Part shown: one piece after another, positions 37,503 to 50,324 of the stretch
Layout: each line of letters begins with the position of its first letter
Position numbering within the stretch: the first letter of the stretch is position 1
Assembly: GCA_035221665.1 (NCBI GenBank)
Contig: CM069147.1
Span: forward strand, 43,772,001 to 43,836,000
Source: Okamejei kenojei
Lineage: Eukaryota
Direction: 5' to 3'
DNA length: 64,000 bases
The notes under the pieces: generated by a model
Database searches by the model: none
What the model was told of the DNA's origin: nothing
What the model saw: the letters and a program-made list of their open reading frames with translations, nothing else
Position numbers and translations under genes: made by a program

Positions 37503-40500
37503 GATCATATATTTTAGTCAGTCGAACAAGCTGCATGCAATGTTACAAGTTTCAGCTTGGCTCATTTGGTAATATTTAACCTCATTCCAGAATTTCAGAT
37601 CCAGTTGCAATTATCTTAATGCGGGAAGATTTATTTGTTGACTGTTGGATTAGTCGGGTGAGTCATGAAACAGAGGTTTTTCTAAATTGAAATAAATTCA
37701 AAAACTTTAATTAAATGATTTTAGAAAGAGAATGGAGTTCATTGAAATATCCCGCCTGTGCATCTACAACTGTGCTAATATCACCAAATGAATGAATTGA
37801 TCCTTAATTATATTTTCATTTATAGCGTTTTGCTTTGCGCATATTAGTTCCAAGTTCCGTTTTCTAACACCTTCAAATGACATTGCCAACTTGGATCCAT
37901 TTGGGTCCATTAATGCAGTCTCTCAATAATCGCCATGGAAAGACATGGAAACCATTGATGAAAGAGAGTTTCTGTGGGGGACACAAAGATAATGGCTTTG
38001 TAATTCCCAATGTTTATTTAGAGGGTGTTCCTGCCCATCCAGTGCCGTATATTGGATATGTGTAGGAATGAACTACAGATGCTGGTTTAAATCAAAGATA
38101 GACACAAAATGCTGGAGTAACTTGTCGAGGCGGTCCTGCTTGCGGATTTTGAGAAGGATATAGAAATGGGCAGAGTGGGGTTGGGGTGCACCCAGCTGAT
38201 TGATCACTGGTGGAGAAGCAATGGTGGGGGTTTGTATAATCAGCCTTTTTAAAAGGCTGGAGGAATGTCAAGAAGGAAGAATGATAGATTGTCTTTGCCA
38301 CACTCATCTAAAATGTCATCTATGATTTTTGGTGGAAACATTTTGATGTTTTGGTAGAAATAGAAATGACGTGTTTATTTTGGTGTGTGAGCTTTACAGG
38401 CAAAGCTGACATTTAATGCCATGTCAATTGCCTTTGAACCTTCTTGAACCACCGCAGTCCTTCATGTGAAAGTGGTCCCAAAATGCTGTTCCCTGGGGAA
38501 CTCCAGGATTTGGATCTTGGAACAATCAAGGAATGGCGGTATGTTTCCAAGTTAGGTTGGCATGTGGCTTGGAACAGAATGTGCAAGCAAAGGTGTTTTT
38601 ATTCACCAGCACCTTATACATTATTTGTGGTCGGGAATGAAGGTTTGGGTGAATAATGTCAAGTATCTGTTTCTTGAATGTTGTGGTGCTGTACTGATTC
38701 AGGCAAGTGGAGAATATTTATTCTGTTATGATTTACTAATGAAGGGAAAATCCTTGGGTGCCGCAGGATAAATCAGACATCACAGGATAACCAGCCTCTG
38801 GCCTAGTCTTGCAGCCAGAGTATTCACAACGCTGGTTTAATTATCTATCTAAGTTTACAGTTACTGGTGATCCACAGGATGTTGAAGATAGTTAGGAATA
38901 TCAAGGGTAGGTGGTTAGACTCTTTTGTTAGAGATGGTTGTTGCCTGAGACCTTTCTGACATGACTGTTGCTTGCCATCTACAAGGCCATATCTGCTGGT
39001 TGTCTGGGTTTGATGCATGAGGGCAAGCGGAGGAGCTTCTGGTGGAATGACATTCTGCAATGATCAATGAGCATCTCACTTTAGACCTTCTGATGGAAGG
39101 AATTGTTTAAATGAAGAAATGATAGTGTTGAAATAGAGAGGGATGTCAGAACTGTGTGGTACAAAGTAATCTGGGGAACCTCATTCATGAAACACTGGGA
39201 ACTAGCACACAAGTTCAACAAATAATTAGGAGGATGTGGGATGTTGGTCAATATTGCAAAGGGGATGGAGCCCAACAGTTGAGAAGTCTTGTTGCAGTCC
39301 GTACTGGGAGCCTAGACCTGGAACACCACACTGATCTCTGCATTGCGACTGCGCAGTGCTGCAGCAAGTAGTCGCTACCTCATAACTCTAACAGCCTAGG
39401 TTCGATAATGAACTTGAATGCTGTCTGTGCAGAGATCTTCTTGTGACTGCGTGGGCCTTTTACCCGGGTGCTTCACTTCCCATCAAATGCCGCCTTGAAG
39501 TCACTCTTACTTTATCTTTGGAATTAAGCTCTTTGGTTCTTACTTGGACAAAGACTGGCATGAGGTTTTGAACCAAGAGGTTCAAGCACAAATCAAAATG
39601 GCCGTTGTTGAGCAGATTACTGGATTGATACCACAGTTAAAGAGACCTTCCAACACTTTTAAGCCTGAATTTAATATTTCCTGTTCCATCAAGGCTGCCT
39701 TGCTGATAAGTACCATGCTAATTGAAAAGAGTAAGGCCTGTAGAGGCAAGGCATTGCCTTCATGAGGTACAGCCTGACCAAGTCTTGTTCATAATGTGTC
39801 TGAAATAGATTAACATCTGACTAAACTGTACCTACTGCAATGCCACGCTGAGATGTTATGGTTGTCCCAACACAGCATGGTTTCCCCTAAAGTTGTTTTG
39901 GATGGGGAATAACACCATCCCATGCATCTGTGGCACATAAACTACATCTGGGTGCAATGATATCTTCTGAAGTGGTGCGAGGTGACCCAGGAAACATTTT
40001 TATTGTGCTTCACTGTGGAAATCAATTAAATTTAGCAGAATGCTAAGTAAAACAATATTATGCATTTGAAATTTTCGGCAGATATGTTTACTATAACAAT
40101 GGGTCTTTAATCTTAGATTTGGATGAGGCTGTTTGGTTTTCAATAATCATATTGTTGTGATCTGGTCAGATGTTTCAACAATTATTGCATGCTGTCATCC
40201 TTAATGTATTCCTCACATGGTGAATTTTCTAATTCAAAGCAGATATTACCGTTGCAGTTAAAATTACAGATGCTCAGTTAAATCTTTCAACTATATTTAC
40301 ATACTTTGTACATAATGGCTAATTCAGATTAGAATGTGGAGAAATTAGATTTGAACTCTTAGCTTGCATTTGGGTTTAATGGGTAATTTAAGTTTCCCTC
40401 TCCGTTATGTAGCATTGTATCAGGGAGATAAATTGTTAATATTTAGCAATCACCCATTTACAGACTCACAAAAGTTGACTATAATTATGACTGATCAAAT

Positions 40501-41360
40501 GAATTCATAATACTTATGGAAACAGCCTTTGAATGTTTTGTAGATTCCTATTATTTTAATGGTACCTGATATAGCAGAATCGTTGTATATTTATGTTCTT
40601 TAATAGAGTTAGAAGAAATTTTAGTTCACAAAGAAAGTTATTCGATGCATGTAGGGTATCTTGTAATTTTGTAATAGGGAATCTAGTAGAGACACTAGAG
40701 ACGGCAAATGCTGGAATCTGGAGGAAATTTAAACAAACTGCTAGAGGAATTCAATGGGCGAGGCAGATTCTGTGGAAGGAAATGGACACTCCAAAGCCAT
40801 GACTCCCAGAGAAAACAAAATGCCTTGTTTCCATCTTATCGAGATGTCTTCTTATCTTTACACAATGTCCCCTAGATCTGGATTCACACACAAGAGGAAA
40901 CATCCTCTCCACATCCACTCTACCATGGTCCCACATTCTTCAACGCCCAGCAGCTGGATAAGCCAGCCTGCTCAACCTTATAAGACGGTCTATTAAGTTT
41001 TTAACAGTATCAATGATAGTGAAGAAGATCAATTATTGAATTTGCTTGAGATAAAGAAAGAGTAAAATTGACAACTGTAAGAGAAAAGGAAATGCCATCT
41101 TCGTAATACATACATTATGGTTTTCTTTTTGTAAATGTATCATTACACCATTAAGTTTTCTAATGCAGACCAGTAATTCTGTAAAATGGTATTTTTGGTT
41201 TAATTATTCCATGGTTCAAACTCTCACAAATGATTTTCATGATATTTTCCAGAACCAAATTGGTGGCATATGCTGTTCTACATCTATGGGACATGTAATT
41301 CAACTTAGACTTGCATAGTATACTGAATGTGCCAATAAATATACTTTTACCATCAACATT

Positions 41361-44300
41361 AAAATAGTAAGATTAACGAGAACTCACCTGTTCGAAGTTT
41401 GATCGTTATTTTACGAGGAGTTACGATGAGGGATTACGTGAAGAAGAGCCCGCCTCACGCTGGTAACGGCATACTTCAAAGCAACGGCATGAAAAACACA
41501 GAAACACCAAAGCCGGTGTAACATAGTAAAGGCTCATTAGAAAGACTTAGAAACCACCATTTGATCATTTATTTTACGAGGGTGGGAGTGGAGGGCACGT
41601 AATCCCTCATCGTAAACTCCTCGTAAAATAACGATCAAACTTCGAACAGGTGAGTTCTCGTTTAATCTTACTATTTTACTTCGGAGTCACGTGAGTGACT
41701 ACGTGAAGAGTTTTAAAGCTTTCTGTGTTTTTTATGTCGTAGAATTAATCCGTACGACAATCCGGCTAAGTAAACACATACATGAGAAAGCACACAAATG
41801 TTAGATCTTTTCACAATCAAGTTTTTTAATGGCTGAAAGACCATATAATACCCTCCTTATATTTGAGGGAAAAAATGATTACAAGTGACAAAAGATATCA
41901 GTGACTACACAACTGATTATAGCAATTAATAGCAAACAAAGCAGGTGATTATAGTGCTCCCAACACCGCGTGTCCAAAGCTTGTCATAGTGTGAACAGGT
42001 TTGTTGTAGAACTTTGAAAAAGTTTCTTCTTTACTCCACCTGCGATTTTTTAAAAATATGCTCAAGAGGTACGTCCCGCCCCTTCGCCGCGGACGTAGCT
42101 GCCGCCCTGGTGGAGTGAGATTTGAAGACATCAGTGTCTATTCCCGCTAAAACAACACCTGTTTCAACCATTTTGAGATAGTTTGAACTGAAGCTTTTGT
42201 GTGTGGCTTTTTGTGCGTAAGCAGCAATGTCTTTTCGTTTCCTCGCAAAGTGTCCGTCACTTTAATACATTGGTTCAAAATGTCTAACCACACACAAAGC
42301 AAGCTCAATATGAAAAGCTTGAAAGGTTACCTTTGTTCCAGATCTCCCTGGTCTACTTTGTTTGATCAGATCGTAAAACATAGAATACAAACGTTATCTG
42401 TAGTCACATGCATACAGTCTAAACGCAACATTTGTAAAGTTTGCACTCTTTGGGCTGAGACCAGTGACATTAACATGACCAATTTCAATGTTAACCTATC
42501 CAATGACAACCCTTCAATTGGCGTCCATTCTCTAAGTAGAGCAAGTACTATGCTCACATCCCAAATCTCTGTATATCTAGGTTTTGGCGGATTCATGTGA
42601 AAAATTCCTTTCATGAATCGTGATATTTAATGGATGCGACCCAATTGATTTCTCACCAGTCATAAGTCCTAAATAGGACGACAAGACACTGCCCCCGTCA
42701 GTGTTAATGTCACTGTAACTTAAATGTTGACCAAAGCGCAAATTGGCAAGGAATTCCAAAACATGAGTAACATTCACATAATCATCAGAAATATTTTGAC
42801 TGTGTGCAAAATTCTTCCTATTTCTTAATATGTGTCATATATTGTTTCTGTGTGCTATCTCGCCATGATGTGCCAATAAACTGTCAAGTTTTGGTCCGAC
42901 AATCCCAGTTCCTGTAGTGGTCTGGGTCAAAACCTGCAGATTAACAAATTCATATATGCATATAATGGGTAATCTTCATTTGTTACTGGATTAGTCAAGA
43001 TATCACTACTGTTAAGAATCTGCATATACGGTTCTTTAATATCTTTCAGCATAACTGGGAACAGGTTGAGTTGGCAATTTGGCACTACCAACAATCCGGA
43101 AGCTGAATCTTGCTCTATTTTCTTCAAGCATCTCTGGAATCAGAGCAAATGGTGGAAAAGCATAAAAGAACATTTTCCCCAGTGTAATAAAAATGCATCT
43201 ACTGCAACTTGCGTCCGGATCGTGTTCCAAGACACATAATGAGGCAAGTGATGATTAAGCCTGGATGCAAACAAATCAATTTTTGGCAACCCAAATCGTT
43301 CGAACAATATTCTTAAATATTGGTGGCTTAAACATCCATTTCGTATTATCTTTAAAAATCCTGGACCTTTCATCTGCTACCACATTGTCTTTACCTGGAG
43401 TATAGCTTACTGCAATCCATATCTGCCGACCAATACACCATTGCCATATCTCATTGACCAGACAATCACATGATACTGATCCAAACTCTCCCCATGTGAT
43501 TAATGTAAACCACAGCTGTTTTATTGTGTAATTGTATTAACACATGCAGACCTTGTTTAGCACAACAATATGCTTTAAGCCCATAAAAGGCCCCCAATAA
43601 CTCCCAATAGTTAATACCATACTCTTGGAGAAACACTTGTTCTTCAGTTTTCCATCTACCTCCACAACTGGAGGATAAATCTGTGGCCCCCATCCGAGAG
43701 CACTAGCATCTGTATGTAAAACCATTTCCAGGCTGTTTAATCATAATATTTATTAGCAGCTTGTGGGACATTTTCCTTTTCTTTTGTTAATTACATAGGC
43801 CTGTCAAATGGCCTGCCTTCTCTTTGAGAGCTTGTATCTTGTACCTTCGAAGATATCAATAAATGTAATGAACCAAATTTACTGCAGGAAAATGCTGCTA
43901 GCAGTTCACCAATGGTTGTCACCATTTCTCGGATGGGAAGGGATAAGGTTTTGAATGAGATAATGACAAGTTACCAAAATATCATCGACTTTATCTGTTG
44001 GTAAGGTATTAACATAGTCACTGAGTTAATTACAAACCCCAAAAGTAAATTGTTTGTGCTGGCTGCAGCTGGGGCTTTAATTAGATGAATTAAGAACCTT
44101 AGCTTCCACAAAGCTTTAGTAACTGAAAAACTGAGTCCTCAGCTGACTCCTGATAATCCACTAATGACCAGAATGTCATTGAGATAAGCCTAAATGATGT
44201 GCATTTTGTGCTCTAATTGGGCTAAAACTGGTTTCAACAGTTCCGTAAAGAGTAAAAAGCTGAACTCAGTCCATTTGGCAAAGCTTAACTGCCATAATTG

Positions 44301-46280
44301 TCACAACCAATTAAAATTTAAGTATCACGAGACCTGATGCATAGGTACAGAATAATAGGCGTCTTTTCATCAATCTTAGCCATATAACAACCTGCTGAAA
44401 TTAAATATTTTGTAGTATTTCAATGTCTCCATTTGAAACATGTTTGTATTCTACAAACTTATTTAGACCTGTAAGGTCCAGAATACTTCTGCTACCATCA
44501 TCTGTAATGCCTTCTAATTAAAGACAAATTTATGCTCGTGTTCAAAACTTTTCCATTACCTCTTTTCCAGATAATTAGGCAATGTGAACATAAAATCTCT
44601 GCTTTTTCAATTGCAGAAAACACGAAAACATAAGCAGGTTTATTCTGTACAGGAGGATTAACCTCTTTTTTTTAAAAGTTAATAGTAGTTAATGAAAACT
44701 GCTCGTAATATACTGATCAAAAAAATAATAGTAAGCCAGTCTTAATAAACTTTTTGTAATCTCCCTCTAACTGGAGATTAATCCGCAGTTTCTTTAAGCA
44801 GGGAAAAACAAGTCTTTAATTCCTCTGCATATTATGAGCGTGGTGTTCTCCTTATCCCCTGAATTCGGGTAAGTATTTGGTTGTGCAAACAATAAAACTT
44901 CCTTGACATATTTCTGCTCTATTTCCAATATCCAAATCCCCTTCTGGGCGAAAATACCTTTTCGTCCAAAGACGAAGGTTTCATGCAGCTAAAAATTTAG
45001 CTTTTCATCCAATTTCAATAAGTTAGGCAGATTACTCCAAACAGATAACCAAGAGCTTAAACACCACTTGCTCGACACAGGTATGCAACCTTGGGTGAAA
45101 AAATGGCCCAAAAAGCCATTTATATTATATAAAATTTCATAGAAAGAATTGCACAATAGCGTCTTTATTTTATGTTTTCCTTTCATTTGCCCAAAAGCCA
45201 TAATAGCAGCAGAATAATTTGTGAGGATTTTTTAAACCTCACTATTTGACGCTCTCATATTTGGAGTCATGGATGCCCATATTAACGGATAAACCGTAGG
45301 CTCTTCCAATGAGGCACAATTTCCTGTGCTGTGCAATTTTAATATTTCAATCATCACAGAATCATGAAGTTGGTGAGATACCATATATATATGTTGGCAG
45401 CTAGGATTTCTTCCATAGCCTCACCACTTCCTTCATATATAGCAAACCTTTTGCTATTCCATGCATCTTTGGCCTCTTTTCATATTTTTTCATTTTTATT
45501 TTTTATTTTTATTTGTGTGGTGTGCTTTCTAAATGCAAATCACATCAACAGGTCTGCCTTCTGCAGCCCTAAATTCAATTGGGATTTCATCCCATGAGAC
45601 TTCTTCCGGCCCAAATCCTGGGTCCGGAGTTTCCAACTTCCAATTAGGCCCATGGCCATATTCAGAATATTTAAAACCCCTCAGGGCTAACCTTAGGAAC
45701 CTTCAGGGTACTATGACCCTAGTCTCATAAAGTTTTTGGAGAACTTTCTCCATATGCTCCATAATCAGTTCCCACATAGTTTACTTATGTGGAGGACTTT
45801 TCAATGTCAGAGTCATCAGAACCACGGGCCTCTCAGATTTTTTATTTTATTTTATTTTTTTTCCATTTTTCATATTCGGAGCATTTCTCTCCGTGGTTAT
45901 CATTTTGTAAACTAATTCGCTAACGGGTATATCTGCGGCCACCGGTATCGGAACCGGCTTCCGCACTAGCTTTCCCGTATATTTATTTTTCACCCCAGGA
46001 AGCATTTAACCGCGAATATAAATTTACTTCATCATTTGTGCTTATCCAGCACTAATACGACTCTGACCTGTTTTAACAAATTTCCTATACTGCTGGACCT
46101 ACCCAGCGCCCGCTAAAAAACCCAACTTTACTGTTCTTACCTGCGGGCCGTTCCGACCGCTGCGAGGAGCTGCTCCTTACTGCAGCTCCACCTTCTGCCG
46201 TCAGCGTCGACGTCATGCCGTTACCAGCGTGAGGCGGGCTCTTCTTCACGTAGTCACTCACGTGACTCCGAAGTAAAATA
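41361..46280 (-). mobile_element. DIRS-type tyrosine-recombinase retrotransposon, full structure with decayed ORFs
   Basis: Perfect 38-bp ITRs at 41435-41472 and 46215-46252. Internal complementary region at 41596-41709. Minus-strand remnants of RT (KDAYYSVPMH, AYLNDILV at ~44.2-44.4 kb), RNase H (HTDASALGWG, INYWELLG), adenine methyltransferase-like domain (IDLFASRLN, YAFPPF) and YR (KGIFHMNPPKPRY..WDV, TLKLVMLMSLVSAQRV). Confidence 0.95.
41596..41709. repeat. DIRS internal complementary region (ICR)
   Basis: 41596-41677 is the reverse complement of 41361-41440 with two 1-nt indels. 41678-41709 is the exact reverse complement of 46243-46274. Confidence 0.95.
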
Positions 46281-46522
46281 GTCTTTAAATCTATTCAAAA
46301 CTTCAATTGTTGGAATTCCTTTCCAATGACAAGCACAGAATTTGATTTTTTTCCTTAAATCAGTTTTTTGACAGTGATTTGAGTAATTTGAGTAGATTGA
46401 AGCAACATAAGAATTTCATTGTCCTATCTGGGACACATGACAATAAACTCTCTTGAATCTTGACTGGTTGTATCATGGTCTGGTTCAGCAACTCAAATGC
46501 CCCTCAATGAAGGAGATTACAA

Positions 46523-46785
46523 GAAACATAGAAACATGAAAACATAAAAAATAGGTGCAGGAGTAGGCCATCCGGCCCTTCGAGCCTGCACCACCATTCA
46601 ATATGATCATGGCTGATCATCCAACTCAGTATCCTGTACCTGCCTTCTCTCCATACCCCCTGATCCCTTTAGCCACAAAGGCCACATCTAACTCCCTCTT
46701 AAATATAGCCAGTGAACTGGCCTCAATTACCTTCTGTGACTGAGAATTCCACAGATTCACCACTCTCTGTGTGAAAATTGTTTTA
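46523..46785 (-). mobile_element. Young CR1 3' end
   Basis: Near-identical to 13009-13265. Confidence 0.9.
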
Positions 46786-46972
46786 AGGGCAAGAAGCGGT
46801 GAACACTGCCCAATCCATCATGAGTATTGATCTCTCCACAATCAAAGGGAACTTTCGGAAGTGCTGCCTCAAAACGGCAGCCAGGGACACTCCCCACTGG
46901 TCATGCCCTCATTTCACTCCTGCCATTGGGAAGAAGCTATAGGAAGCTGAAAAATGTAGCATCCAGGTTCAG

Positions 46973-47596
46973 ATTCAGATTCAGATTCAGATTCAGATTC
47001 AGATTCCTTTATTGTCATTCAGACCTTTCGGTCTGAACGAAATTTGTTACCTTGCAGTCATAACATGTAATAAATTAAAACAAAACACACAATAAACACA
47101 TATTTAACATCCACCACAGTGAGTTCACCAGGCACCTCCTCACTGTGGTGGAAGGCAAAAGTCTTAAAGTCTTTGTCTTTTTCCCCTACTTGTTCCCTCT
47201 CTGTACTGAGGCAATCCAGGCCTTCGATGTCATCGTCCACTAGGCCCGCGGCCGAGCCTCCGAAGCCAGGCCGTCACCGCCGCCGTTGCCGGAATGCTGG
47301 AACACCACCACAGCTCCCAGTCAGGATCGACCACGGGAACGCTGGAGCCGCCGGAGCTCTGAAGCCGGGCCGCCGCTGGAGCACCGCTGGAGAGCCGCTG
47401 GAGCACCGAAGCCCCGAAGCCGGGCCGCCGCTGGAGCACCGCTGGAGAGCCGCTGGAGCGCCGAAGCCGGGCCGCTGCTGGAGCACCGCTGGAGAGCCGC
47501 TGGAGCACCGCTGGAGCAACTGCTGGAGCCGCCGGAGCTCCGAAGCCGGGCCGCTGCTGGAGCACCACTGGAGAGCCGCTGGAGCGCCAAGTCGTA
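46973..47596 (-). mobile_element. Non-coding retroposon with (TCTGAA)n tail and internal GC-rich minisatellite
   Basis: TTCAG at both junctions (46968-46972, 47597-47601). 3' hairpin TTCAGACC-GAAA-GGTCTGAA, then AATAAA and the microsatellite tail. Confidence 0.7.
47361..47588. repeat. 47-bp GC-rich minisatellite, 4 units, built from 11-bp GCTGGAG subunits
   Basis: Units GAAGCCGGGCCGCYGCTGGAGCACCGCTGGAGAGCCGCTGGAGCRCC start at 47361, 47416, 47463 and 47542. Confidence 0.92.
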
Positions 47597-49242
47597 TTCA
47601 GGAACAGCTTCTTTCCAACTGAAGTCCAACTAAACTCTGAACCATTAATTGCCTGGGTTGCAATGTTGGGCCTTGATTTCTTTTTGCACTATGTTCTGTT
47701 TTTTTAATTTATTTAACTTTTTTTGGGGTTCTTTATTGTATTTATTGAGTACTGTGTTTTTACTATCCAGTTGTGTTATTGATACGTAAGAATCTAATTG
47801 TTCCATTTCAGTATATATGACAATAAAACACTCTTGACTGTCATTTTTATACACATGTACATAACAGATACTTAATCCATTTTAATTTTTAAATAGACTT
47901 GTATTACTAACACAAAAATTACATCAGCAAGTTTTTGGTTTGTTTCATTGACTATGATATACTTCTTAGAAACCACCTGAAAGAGTTTGAGATCATATTT
48001 TACGTTGTTGTAATTGTAGGATGTTGACAATCTCTTGAGGAATCCTTAGATTGTGAATGGAATTGTCGACATAAATATTTTCAAACAGAGCTTGAGAAAG
48101 GTATACTCTTATGTATAGTTTAACTCTGCTTTATATACTCTATATAAACATTAGGATGAGTAAAGGCAAAGAGGAAATGTTGAGATGGGAAATAAACGGG
48201 CAGTGTTGGAGGGATTTGTGTGTTTGGCCTGCATCCTGAATCTGGCTTTCACGTGGGGCTCAGCTGTGCTCTAACTTAAAGCTCAGATTGGGATAGCACA
48301 CAATGACAACCTCATGCAACAACGGTGAGTTGCTCAAACAAGTCGTTTTATTAAGGTCTTCTTTCAGTATATACTGGAGACCATTCCTAAGAGAACTCAA
48401 AAATGCTTTATAGTCTCAAAAATAGAGAATAGGATGTATATAATGTGTACAGCACATGACCTAGACTGATTAAAGTGCCAAGCTCAACTCTTATCTGCCT
48501 GCCATCTATATCCTTCTATATCCTTCCATTCCCTGTGCATTCATGTGATTATCCAAAGTCTAAAATGCCACTATCGTATATGCAGAATTCTTGTATTCTG
48601 TATTTTCTGTATCCAGGATTTTCTGTATCCAGGATTTTATAGTATTTGCACTTTATAATTGCTTACAGATTCTACAGTTTTACAATAAATCATCAAGATC
48701 ATGTTTGTAATATGCGATTATACCCATTAGTTATAGATACAGGACCAGTCTGAGAGAAGATCCCCTGTTCTTCCCTTTGTAGTCCAGCTCTCTTGCTTTG
48801 AGCATATCGTGCCTGTCCTGAGCATAGTCCTATATTCTAACTGCCAGAAATAACTATCTTTGTTTTTAATTCTTTCCTTGTAGTCTAAGCATTTCCCTAC
48901 CCTAATTAATGCACAGGTCTTTTCTAATGTAGCCTTTAAGGCACCTTTACTAACCTTTAGCCAAACGTTCAATCATCCGTTTCCAGGAAGGCATTAAGGT
49001 TGACCCTATTACAAACTTCCCCCATTTTATTATTACTCCTGCAGATTCCTTCTTCAGATAGCAAAAGAAAGTATGCCACAAGAAGAGTTAGAAAACAACC
49101 AGGAAACTAAATAACAATTATAAATTGTCAAGGGACATAAGGCAGAACATTCTGCAGTGCATACATTTTAAATAATGGGAAAGGATTAGGGTTATTAATG
49201 GTTGGGCTGGACAAAATCATAGCAGTGGCAACAAAAAACAAT

Positions 49243-49831
49243 GTCTGATGAAGGGTCTTGACCCGAAACATCATCCATTTGTTCTCTCCAGAGATACTGC
49301 TTGTCCTGCTGAGTAAAGGGCCTGTCCCACTTGGGAGACCGAAAGAGCAACCTCTGGTGACCTTGCCCACCACCCAAAAAAAAGTCAAGGTCGAGGTGAC
49401 CTGCAACCTCCTACCACCTCCCATGCATATGTTGAAAACCTTCCTCGACTATGAAGGAAACCTCCTTCGACCTCCCTTGACTACCTTCGACTAGCATCGC
49501 AACCGACTTCAATTAGACCTGCGACTAAAAAATGATCTGTTTTTAAAACGGCAACCTATTTTTAGTCGAGGCCGGTTTTAATCATGATGAAAAAATAGCA
49601 GCAACCTAGATGAAGCCTCGACCACGCGGAAACCACTTTCGACCATTAGGGAGAGTGACAAAAACCTCCGGTGACCTCATGGAAACCTTGGGTGGTGGGC
49701 ATGAGGTTGCTGTTTAGGTCTCCTAAGTGGGACAGGCCCTTTACTCCAGCATTTTGTGTCTATCGTCTGTATCTGCAGTGTCAGATACAGACGATATCTG
49801 TAAACCAGCATCTGCAGTTCTTTCCGACACA
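49243..49831 (+). mobile_element. Penelope 3'-terminal insert hosting the Harbinger MITE
   Basis: Starts at CTGATGAAGGGTCTTGACCCGAAACATC and continues after the MITE as CTCCAGCATTTTGTGTC..CCAGCATCTGCAGTTC. Confidence 0.75.
49317..49740. mobile_element. PIF/Harbinger-type MITE (424 bp)
   Basis: TIRs AGGGCCTGTCCCACTTGGGAGACC / GGTCTCCTAAGTGGGACAGGCCCT with extended subterminal symmetry. 3-bp TWA target (TAA/TTA). Confidence 0.9.
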
Positions 49832-50324
49832 ATGTCATTGGTTTAGTATTTCACACAATCAAGTAAATAGTACATCAGAAAATAAATAAGAAATGGGAAC
49901 CCATATTAAAATTTAAAAAAGTAATATAAAATAAACTAATGAGTTAAACCTAATTATTGGAGGAATGATGAAGAGATTACAATTGATACAAAAGCTATGT
50001 GGTTACAGTAGGGAGTAAAGATTGACACTGTAAGAAGAGTTGGATGAATTTCATCCAGAGAAATGTGATGTGACACATTTGAAAAGATGCAACAAGGCAA
50101 AGAAATACACAATGAATAGGAGAAAAATGAGAGATGTGGAGAACTGCGAGACTTTGGGTTGTATCCTTAAAGATAGCAAGCATGGAACATAAGAGCAGGG
50201 AGGTTGTACCAGAGTGTTTATACCACTCAGCCATACCATATGAATATCTCATTGTACTGGAGAAGGTAAAGAAGAGATTAGTAAAGTTGTTGACAGGACA
50301 GGAACATTTATGACATGAGGTATG

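Larger units (their letters stand above)
46463..47840 (+). mobile_element. Rex1/Babar-like 3' fragment interrupted by a CR1 (46523-46785) and an antisense retroelement (46973-47596)
   Basis: LTGCIMVWF..; HALISLLPLGRSYRKLK..SRFR|NSFFP across the insert; 3' TGACAATAAA. Confidence 0.75.

Noticed and set aside
37545-37900. Possible ancient DeuSINE (SacSINE1-like) remnant; also old LINE-like sequence at 38390-39150
   Set aside because: Similarity is too degraded to assert by eye.
47119-47633. Overlapping ORFs and CRISPR-like periodicity
   Set aside because: GC-rich minisatellite with no unique spacers and no cas genes, in a vertebrate context.
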